From contig CAZFGR010000003.1 in assembly GCA_964518475.1 (NCBI GenBank), positions 40,503-104,502 on the forward strand: DNA of 64,000 bases, read 5' to 3'. Source of the stretch: an uncultured Nitrososphaerota archaeon. GTDB taxonomy: Archaea > Asgardarchaeota > Njordarchaeia > Njordarchaeales > Njordarchaeaceae. The position numbers and the translations under genes were made by a program. Every line of letters starts with the position of its first letter. The first letter of the stretch is position 1. Shown piece after piece: positions 56,237 through 64,000 of the stretch. A model generated the notes under the pieces. The model saw only the letters and a list, made by a program, of their open reading frames with translations, did not search any database and had not been told where the DNA came from.

Positions 56237-57082
56237 ATGGCAAGAAAGCTTAAAAACGAGGAGGGAGGTTTGAAAATAGCAATGCTTATTGCATATGATG
56301 GAAGCAAATTTCATGGTTTTGCTAGACAACCGAATGCTAGGACTATAGGGGGGGAAATATTAGTAGCTTTAAGAGAGATTGGGATAAGTCCCGCTAAGAT
56401 AGTGTATATGTCAAGAACAGATCGTGGAGTTCATGCTGTAAAACAGCTAATTGTTCTCAAAGCAAAGTTAACTGTTAAGATAGCTATGGAGTTAAATTAT
56501 ATTCTGCCGGAATGTATTCGCGTATATGCAGTTTCTCGCGTCAAATGGAATTTTCATCCCCAGAGAAGTGTTACGTCAAAGACCTATCTCTATGTGGCAT
56601 CCGATTTAGGTGAAGATTGGAAACGAATTGAACGGGTCATAGAATATCTAAACGCGAAAGAACATGAGTTTTCTGCTCTTATAAAGAGAGGAAGGTCATT
56701 AAGTCAAAAAACAAAAATGAAAGTGAAAATTAGAGCAAAAGAGGAAAATGGATTTCAATTCTTCTTTGTCACTGGCAAATATTTTTTATGGGAGCAGGTT
56801 AGACGCACCGTAACATTAATCAAAGCCTACGGTGCGAGAAGACTCACTTGGGACGAAGTTCAAAGAGTGCTTCTTGGAGAGTATTTATCATGGGGTATAG
56901 CCCCGGCTCCTCCAGAAGGACTTATATTATGGGATGCGAAGATTAGAGGAGTAAGTTCCTGGGACTATATTATACCGGAAAATGTTATCAGAAGATGGAT
57001 AATAGACATCGCAAAGAAATATGCAATAGTTAGCGCTAATGAGTGGGTATTCCCGCCACCGCGAAAAATAAAGGTAAGATAG
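56237..57082 (+). CDS. truA: tRNA pseudouridine(38-40) synthase
   Basis: IAYDGSKFHGFARQP, SRTDRGVHA, FLWEQVR, APPEGLIL; probable start is TTG 56270. Confidence 0.93.
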   Translation: MARKLKNEEGGLKIAMLIAYDGSKFHGFARQPNARTIGGEILVALREIGISPAKIVYMSRTDRGVHAVKQLIVLKAKLTVKIAMELNYILPECIRVYAVSRVKWNFHPQRSVTSKTYLYVASDLGEDWKRIERVIEYLNAKEHEFSALIKRGRSLSQKTKMKVKIRAKEENGFQFFFVTGKYFLWEQVRRTVTLIKAYGARRLTWDEVQRVLLGEYLSWGIAPAPPEGLILWDAKIRGVSSWDYIIPENVIRRWIIDIAKKYAIVSANEWVFPPPRKIKVR

Positions 57083-57172
57083 TGTACACAATCATCCTCT
57101 AAATAAAAGTTTCATGAGATTAACTCTTGTTCAACTAATATTAATGGCAAATAAGTTACTGAGGTTCGTAAC

Positions 57173-58561
57173 GTGTTAAAAATAGGTAAAGGACGTTTTG
57201 TAGTACTGGTATGTGCAATTGATGTTTTTGCATTGAGTATCTTTAATTACCTTAATAGTTCCGAGCTATTCCTCCATAGGAATAGGATTTAATGTTAGTG
57301 AGTTTCAGATAGGAGCAACTTCTGCTCTATATCTGTTTGTTCTAGGAATCTCCATGATTCTATGGGGGTTCATAAGTGATAAAATTGAGAGGAGAAAGGT
57401 AATACTCTCGCTTATTTTATTATTATCATCATTCTTCTTAGCGATTTTAACGGTTTTAGCTAGAAGGTTTTCTGATTTTGTTTTTTATCAAGTGTTAACA
57501 GCTGTTTTTGTTGGGGGGAGCTATCCGATCGTATACAGCTTATTAGCCGATGCTTTCAGTGTCGATAAAAGAACAACAATATTTAGTTTGATTTCTCTTA
57601 TTGGAAGTGTGGGATCCGGATTTGGCTATGCTATAGGATTACTGGCTGGAATGAAAGGTAATTGGAGAGTCTCGTTTGGAATTGTGGCGATAATGTTACT
57701 TGTAGCGATTATCCTGACGGACTCATGAAGGAGCCTTCTCGTGGAGCATCGGAAGAAGAGCTACGTGATTTAATAAATATGGGATTAAGGTATCCATTCC
57801 GAGTTGAATTGAAGGAATACAAGAATTTCTTTAAAAATCAAGGAAATATGATTCTGGCATTAGAAGTATTCGTAATAAGCATGGGTTGGAGCACCTTTGC
57901 TATATGGTCTTTGTATGCGATTAGCAGAGATGCAAATACTAGCTTATTAGTTGCGTCTATTCTATTAGCGATAGTTAGTAGTGGAAGGGTTTTTCAACCG
58001 TTATTAGCACCTATCGTGGATAATTTAAGATTAAGAAGCGGTCTTCTGAAGTGTTTCTTTACAGCATGTATGATTTTCGTTTTTGTATTATCAATTACTT
58101 TATTCCTGCTAATGTTAGAACCTCTTGAACTTTACGAGGAGAAACTTCTCAATGCGTTAATCTCTATTATATTTTTACTGAGAGAAGATACTTCACTAAG
58201 GATCGCGATAGTCCTAGGAATGCTTGGCGTCTTTGCCGAAGCATTTGATCAACCAGTTAGAGAAGCGACACTAGCGGAAACAAATTTACCCGAAATTAGG
58301 GGAAGTGGGATTGCGATAATTAACTTATTTGGATTGTTCGGAAGAAGCTTAGGAATCATCCTAACTGGTTATCTCGCAATAGTGATGTCATCCCTAAAGC
58401 ATGCTATAGTATTAGTCGTCGCTCTAAGTTCTTTAGCGGGGATTTTTTGGATAATATTTGGGCTCAATTATGAACACTATACAGATCTTATTAGAAGAGA
58501 GCTCATAAGGCGTAGGAATAGTATATTAGAATTTATTAAGACGAAGGATCTAGTTCTTTAA
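57173..58561 (+). pseudogene. MFS transporter interrupted by two frameshifts (about 57250 and about 57720)
   Basis: Three consecutive reading frames join into one MFS: N-terminal helix, then WGFISDKIERRK (motif A), then KEPSRGASE...NLPEIRG. Confidence 0.75.
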
Positions 58562-59696
58562 ATATCTCGCTAAGTACTTTATCAATGTTCTTTTTTTCTT
58601 TGACACTTATTAGAATAGGATCTTTCTGATCTATATTACGGAGAAAACTAATGATTTCCTTTACTGTTTCTTCATCTATGATATCTATTTTATTAATTGC
58701 TGTGATAAATGGTTTCCCTTCGGGGAAGAATTTTCTTACTGTTTGATAAATTCTTGTTTGCTCTTCAACGCTCGTTGCAGCTTCGTAAGAGCCATCAAAG
58801 AGAAACAGTATTACATCTGCGAGATGCTTTATAGCATTTAATGCTAGAAGCTCTGGTTCTTTCCTCTCTTCAATTGGCCTATCGAAGAGTCCCGGAGTGT
58901 CAACAATTTGAATGCGTCTTATTACCACGCCATTGAATCGATATTCTATGTGTCCGAATGTTATGTTTTTGGTCGTGAAGGGATATGGTGCGATTTCAAC
59001 GTTAGCGTTGGATACAGCTTTAACAAAAGAGCTTTTACCGCTGTTTGGAGGACCAGTAACGACAACTGTAGGTAATGTGGGATCGTAATCGGGGAGTCTC
59101 TTCATTTTCTTTACAGTTTCGGCAAGGATACTTAATTCTTTTTTCAAACTTTTAACCACTGAAATAAGTCTTCCATAAGCTTCTCTTCTCAATTTATCTA
59201 TCTTATCAAGAATTTCTTTAGTAGGCGTTAATTCATCTTTTCTAAGAGTACGTATTCGAAGCACGTAATCCCTTGCTATCCTTCGTATTACTTTTGAGGC
59301 ACCATGGATCTTAGCTAGGGCAACTTTATAATCATCTTTTGATAGCCAAATCTCCATTGCTGCTAAATAGAAAGGATTCATTTTTTCGGTAGAAGGGCAT
59401 TGCTTTACAATTTTAAGCAACCTATTTGATAACTCCTCACTAAAAACTCGTAGCCTTGCAATCACGATCCTCTTCTTTCGCAATATTGGGTCTCTTGTCC
59501 CCTTAAGTTCTGGAGATATGCTTTTGGCTCTGCGAAGAGCTGGTTCAATGATGTCTGCGGGTGTTGGAGGGATATAAACTCCTCGAAATGGGTTTCCTTT
59601 CCTAGTAGCGATACCCACGATATCTTCGTACTCTTCTATTATTGGTGTTTCGTTCACATGGATCACTACTCTCAGAAATCTTCTCGAAGGATACAA
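58536..59696 (-). CDS. NOG1-family (Obg-like) GTPase
   Basis: N-terminal helical NOG1 domain (PFY), GPPNSGKSS, YPFTT, DTPGLFDR, NKID. Confidence 0.93.
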   Translation of the reverse strand: MYPSRRFLRVVIHVNETPIIEEYEDIVGIATRKGNPFRGVYIPPTPADIIEPALRRAKSISPELKGTRDPILRKKRIVIARLRVFSEELSNRLLKIVKQCPSTEKMNPFYLAAMEIWLSKDDYKVALAKIHGASKVIRRIARDYVLRIRTLRKDELTPTKEILDKIDKLRREAYGRLISVVKSLKKELSILAETVKKMKRLPDYDPTLPTVVVTGPPNSGKSSFVKAVSNANVEIAPYPFTTKNITFGHIEYRFNGVVIRRIQIVDTPGLFDRPIEERKEPELLALNAIKHLADVILFLFDGSYEAATSVEEQTRIYQTVRKFFPEGKPFITAINKIDIIDEETVKEIISFLRNIDQKDPILISVKEKKNIDKVLSEIFKELDPSS

Positions 59697-59765
59697 AATA
59701 AAATGTTATAGAGCAGTTTTAGATTTAGGTTAAAAATATTTTTGAATCGCGTTTCTCGTCGAATC

Positions 59766-61241
59766 CTATTTTACTAATTTCCAAATAGTACCTTCTCTAG
59801 TATCCTCTAGAATAATGCCCATTTCTCGCAATCTTTCCCTGATTTGATCCGCTAGGTCAAAGATTTTTCTTTTTCTCAGTTCGGATCTAACTTGTATAAT
59901 TAGGTTGAGAAGTTCTTCAGTGAATTTTTCCCGTATCAATCCAGCACCAACTACCGCGAACTCTAATATGTCCTTCCCTCTCTTTCTTTTCTCTTCTATT
60001 CTTTGATCTCTTGACTGTTGTAGAATACCTATAATGCCCCCAAGCTCCCGTAAGAGAGAAACATAAGCTTTGATTTGACTTTTATTCAAATTCTTTAAGT
60101 TTTTCCTTAAATCATCCGCTATTTCATGAAGAATAGCTAATGCTCGAGGAGTGTTTAAATCATCCGCTAGAGCTTCTAGGAATTGTCTTTTATACTCTTT
60201 AAGAATGTTACTTACCCCTCCTAGTGCTCCATCAGAGGTCTTTTTAAGAATTTCTTCGGCTCTAAATATTATCGAGTATAGCTTATCAAGAGCTTTTTCA
60301 GCCTTCTCCAATTGATCCCATGAAAACTCTATAGGCTTCCGATAATGAGTTTGAGCAACCCAGTATCTAATTGTTTCGCCATCGAATCTTTTGAGAACTT
60401 CCCATATCGACACGATGTTCCCTAATGACTTAGACATTTTCTCTTTTCTCACCGTGACTAAGCCTACATGAAACCAATACCTTGCAAACGGCTTTCCAGT
60501 AGCGGCTTCTGATTGCGCTATCTCGTTTTCATGATGCGGGAAAATTAGATCCATTCCTCCACCATGGATATCGATTGTTTCTCCTAAATATTTCATAGCC
60601 ATTGCAGAGCATTCAATGTGCCATCCCGGTCTTCCTCGGCCCCAAGGAGATGGCCAGCTAGGTTCTCCAGGTTTTGCAGCCTTCCATAGAGCGAAGTCAA
60701 GGGGATTCTTTTTGTACGGTGATGGTTCTACTCTTGCTCCTGCTATCAGTTCCTCCAGTTTTTGTCCAGATAATTTACCATAGTCCTTGAATTTTGTTAC
60801 ATCGAAATACACGTCACCATTCTCAGCAACATAAGCATAGTTTTTATCAATAAGTCGTTGCACTAACTCGATTATCTCTGGTATATGCCCTGTGGCTCGC
60901 GGCTCTATATTTGGAGGTATAAGGTTTAGTTCTTTTGCAGCTTCATAGAACTCTCTCGCGTATTTTTCAGCTACTTCAAAAGGCGTTAAACCCAGTTCCC
61001 GAGCCTTGTTTATTATTTTATCATCGATATCTGTGATATTGCGAATGTACATTACCTTGTAGCTAAGGTATCTGAGGAATCTGACAAAGATGTCAAACGA
61101 TATGTATGCTCTAGCATGACCTATATGAGGGGAATCCTGTACAGTTGGTCCACAGAAGTATGCTTTAACGACTTTATCATCAAGAGGTTTAAATTCCTCA
61201 ACTCTCTTTGTTAAAGTGTTATAAAGTCTTATCTTAAACAT
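59766..61241 (-). CDS. cysS: Cysteinyl-tRNA synthetase
   Basis: CGPTV, HIGH, NITDIDDK, GRPGWHIECSAM, FPHHENE, KMSKS. Confidence 0.98.
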   Translation of the reverse strand: MFKIRLYNTLTKRVEEFKPLDDKVVKAYFCGPTVQDSPHIGHARAYISFDIFVRFLRYLSYKVMYIRNITDIDDKIINKARELGLTPFEVAEKYAREFYEAAKELNLIPPNIEPRATGHIPEIIELVQRLIDKNYAYVAENGDVYFDVTKFKDYGKLSGQKLEELIAGARVEPSPYKKNPLDFALWKAAKPGEPSWPSPWGRGRPGWHIECSAMAMKYLGETIDIHGGGMDLIFPHHENEIAQSEAATGKPFARYWFHVGLVTVRKEKMSKSLGNIVSIWEVLKRFDGETIRYWVAQTHYRKPIEFSWDQLEKAEKALDKLYSIIFRAEEILKKTSDGALGGVSNILKEYKRQFLEALADDLNTPRALAILHEIADDLRKNLKNLNKSQIKAYVSLLRELGGIIGILQQSRDQRIEEKRKRGKDILEFAVVGAGLIREKFTEELLNLIIQVRSELRKRKIFDLADQIRERLREMGIILEDTREGTIWKLVK

Positions 61242-61358
61242 TCCAAGGCTTTTTCACCTCCCAAGCATTTTCAAGAAGAGATGTTTTTGATTAAATTCTT
61301 TTCGCATTATTATAATGCATGTTAAGATGGTTAGTGTGAAGCTATATAACAACTTAGT

Positions 61359-63938
61359 GTGTGGTCAAAAATGGATCCTTGGAAGCGGTTCCTAATAATG
61401 TATGAGAAAAAAGAATCAGAGGAGAGGGAGTTATCTAGTACACAGTTTAATCAATTAATAACCAAAGCGCTTAGAAACGCTTACAAGACAAATCATAGAA
61501 GACTTTTTGTCTTAGCGGGGACAGATTACATAAAATCGATAAAGAAAGCAGCCAAAATCTTAGAGAAAATGATCAGACTTTTTCAAACAAAGAATATGGA
61601 AGTACTATATGTTGGATATGAGCCTAAGGATCTTCCAGAAAAATTGCATTTTGAAGTATTAGAGAAGGAATTAAAGGGGCTACCGATCAAGTTAGAGAAG
61701 ATGCCTTTCGCACTTAGCACCTTAGCTATGGGGAGAACATACGATGCTGTCATAATTGATTTTACGCAAGATGTCCCTCCAAACGATATTGGGCGGTTAG
61801 TAGAAACAGTAAGAGGGGGAGGAATAGTTATTTTTATCACGCCACCGATCCCTAAGTGGGCTGAACTAAAAACAGCTTTTCATCGTTATATCACGACAAT
61901 TCCTTGGAAACTAGAGGACGTTCCAGGCAGATTTATAAAAAGGATAATAAAGAAACTCTTCGAGCATGACGGAATTTATGTCTTCGATCTCGATAAAAAC
62001 CTCGTTCTGAAAGCACCTGACGAGTCGACATTTGCAAGAAAAATAGAACGAAAGAAACCTGACATTCCTTCAGATACTCGCTTACCAAAAGCGATCTATA
62101 GAGTAGCTTTAACTCAGGATCAAGTAAAAGCATTAAAAGCATTAGAATTTTTGATGGAACGACCCAAGGAGGGATACGTTAAGACAGTAATCTTGACAGC
62201 AGATAGAGGACGTGGAAAAAGTGCTGCTGTAGGTCTTTTTCTAGGCTGTGCAGCGAAAACATTTGCAGGAAGAGGTGCTTTTGGGAGGTTCATGATTATA
62301 GTCACAGCGCCCACCGAGTACAACGTCTATACATTATTTGAATTCGCGGAGAAAGCACTAAAACTGCTAGGGGAAAGTCCAAGAGTTTATAGAAGGCCTC
62401 CCGAGATTAGGGGTCGAGGATATGTCATAGTGTATGTGCCACCGGCTGAGGCACCGAAAATAGCTAAGAGGGAGAAGGCTGAGATTGTTGCTGTGGACGA
62501 AGCCGCTGGAATTCCAGTTCCCGTTCTTTTAAAAATCCTCGAATCATCACCTAGAGTAATTTATTCATCAACAATCCATGGTTATGAAGGAGCAGGTAGG
62601 GGTTTCTCAGTTCGTTTTCTTAAGAATGTTAAAGAGAGAAAAGATATATCCCTACTACACGTTGAGCTTGAGGAGCCGATAAGATATGCACCCAATGATC
62701 CCATTGAGAAATGGCTATTTGATACATTGTTATTAGATGCAGAACCCGTCAAACTTGATGAGAAGGACTATGAGGATATCGAAAAGTTAAATGTTAGTTT
62801 AGAGAAAGCTGATTTAGATGAATGGTTATTAGGAGATAAAGAAGCGTTATTGAGAGATTTCATCGGCATATATGTGTTTGCGCATTACCGAAACGAACCG
62901 AAAGATCTAGCTATAATGGCTGATGCGCCACATTACGAAGCGTATTTCCTTAAAACAAGTACGGGAAAAATAGTCACAGCGTTATTGGTGGCTAAAGAGG
63001 GAGGACTACCCAAAGCTGTTATTTGGGAAGTTTATAAAAATAAAGCGGCGGAGCCTTCCGGTCATCTGATACCAATAGCAATAGAGAAGCACTTCAGATC
63101 AACAACGTTTCCGCAACTCATGGGTTATCGAATAGTACGAATAGCTACGCATCCTGAAGTTATGAGAAAGGGTCTCGGGAGTAAAGCAATAGAAGAATTA
63201 GCTAAAATAGCGATCAGGAATAACATGGCATGGATAGGTGCTGGATTTGGTGCCAGCGAAGAACTCGTAAAATTCTGGTTAAAAAACAAATTCGTTCCTG
63301 TTCACGTCTCTCCCATGAGACATAGAGTGTCTGGAGAATATACTACGATAGTAATAAGGCCTTTGAAAAAAGACTTAGAGCCTCTTGTCAGGGAATACTA
63401 CAGGGAATTTAGAATAAGGTTTGTAGAATGGCTAAGATATGTTCACTATGACATGGAACCAAGACTAGCAAGATTATTGCTCAAAGGGGGATATATTTGG
63501 GAACGAGTGGAGAAACCATTCCATTATGAACCCAGACTAACAGAGATCCAGAAGAAGAGAATAGTGGCTTATCAGTTAGGAATTCTAAGTTATGAATTAG
63601 TATCAGATGCGATACAGGAGCTGGTGAAAGCCTATTTCATTGACGAAGATCCTCAAAAACCCGAACTAGATGAACTTAGTGAACTGTTATTAATTTGTAG
63701 AGTTCTTCAAGCAAGAACTTGGGCCCAAACATTTGACCTCCTAGACTTAGATGTATCGAAGAAGAAAGCAACTAGACAATTCGGAATAGCCGTAAACACC
63801 TTATACAAATACTTCGTAAAAGAACGCGAAAGAAGAGAAGAGATAAAGCGCCTAGGTATTAGAGAGATCGAAATCTCCGAAGGATGGCAAGAAGGACGGG
63901 TAACAGAGACTGAAGAGGATTTTGAGAAAGCAATATAG
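61359..63938 (+). CDS. tmcA: RNA cytidine acetyltransferase TmcA/Nat10 (helicase plus GNAT)
   Basis: HRRL, ETVRGGG, TADRGRGKSA, DEAA, STIHGYEGAGRGF, HYRNEP.DL, RIATHP..GLG. Confidence 0.96.
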   Translation: MWSKMDPWKRFLIMYEKKESEERELSSTQFNQLITKALRNAYKTNHRRLFVLAGTDYIKSIKKAAKILEKMIRLFQTKNMEVLYVGYEPKDLPEKLHFEVLEKELKGLPIKLEKMPFALSTLAMGRTYDAVIIDFTQDVPPNDIGRLVETVRGGGIVIFITPPIPKWAELKTAFHRYITTIPWKLEDVPGRFIKRIIKKLFEHDGIYVFDLDKNLVLKAPDESTFARKIERKKPDIPSDTRLPKAIYRVALTQDQVKALKALEFLMERPKEGYVKTVILTADRGRGKSAAVGLFLGCAAKTFAGRGAFGRFMIIVTAPTEYNVYTLFEFAEKALKLLGESPRVYRRPPEIRGRGYVIVYVPPAEAPKIAKREKAEIVAVDEAAGIPVPVLLKILESSPRVIYSSTIHGYEGAGRGFSVRFLKNVKERKDISLLHVELEEPIRYAPNDPIEKWLFDTLLLDAEPVKLDEKDYEDIEKLNVSLEKADLDEWLLGDKEALLRDFIGIYVFAHYRNEPKDLAIMADAPHYEAYFLKTSTGKIVTALLVAKEGGLPKAVIWEVYKNKAAEPSGHLIPIAIEKHFRSTTFPQLMGYRIVRIATHPEVMRKGLGSKAIEELAKIAIRNNMAWIGAGFGASEELVKFWLKNKFVPVHVSPMRHRVSGEYTTIVIRPLKKDLEPLVREYYREFRIRFVEWLRYVHYDMEPRLARLLLKGGYIWERVEKPFHYEPRLTEIQKKRIVAYQLGILSYELVSDAIQELVKAYFIDEDPQKPELDELSELLLICRVLQARTWAQTFDLLDLDVSKKKATRQFGIAVNTLYKYFVKERERREEIKRLGIREIEISEGWQEGRVTETEEDFEKAI

Positions 63939-63945
63939 AAATCAG

Positions 63946-64000
63946 TGGAGCGGGGGGCGGGACTCGAACCCGCGTCCACGGATCTGCAGTCCGCCGCCTT
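63946..64000 (-). tRNA. tRNA-Cys(GCA), 5' end outside the window
   Basis: Reverse complement: GCGGA-CT GCA GA-TCCGT, T arm GCGGG TTCGAGT CCCGC, U73, CCA. Confidence 0.92.

Overview
A gene-dense, AT-rich archaeal chromosome segment, mostly housekeeping genes. The GC-rich tRNAs, several C/D-box guide RNAs and TmcA/Nat10 suggest a thermophile. Marker content (two roadblock/LC7 proteins, an EF-2 paralog lacking the diphthamide loop, methanogen-type SerRS, FtsZ, a ParM-like actin-fold ATPase, a Vps29-like protein) is consistent with an Asgard-, Njord- or Korarchaeota-like lineage; this placement is inference. The window holds about 60 CDS covering translation and tRNA modification, KEOPS Kae1/Bud32, rpoD, TFB, cdc6, a near-complete archaeal CoA pathway and sucCD. 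There are 8 tRNAs, 4 with BHB introns, 3 of them at non-canonical positions (29/30, 30/31, 32/33), and 5 C/D-box sRNA candidates. No CRISPR array, integrase or transposase was seen. The best candidates for undescribed systems are: (i) a divergent pair of an actin-fold ATPase and a signal-less 8-blade FG-GAP propeller, followed by a pseudo-enzyme, a GTPase, a roadblock protein and a coiled-coil microprotein (18.4-24.6 kb); (ii) an EF-2 paralog/archease/roadblock operon; (iii) a Vps29-like plus alpha-solenoid gene pair; (iv) a PUA/PAPS-reductase-like gene whose ferredoxin domain appears to be encoded 19 kb away; (v) a recurring set of catalytically degenerate paralogs. All family assignments were made by eye from motifs, not from database searches.
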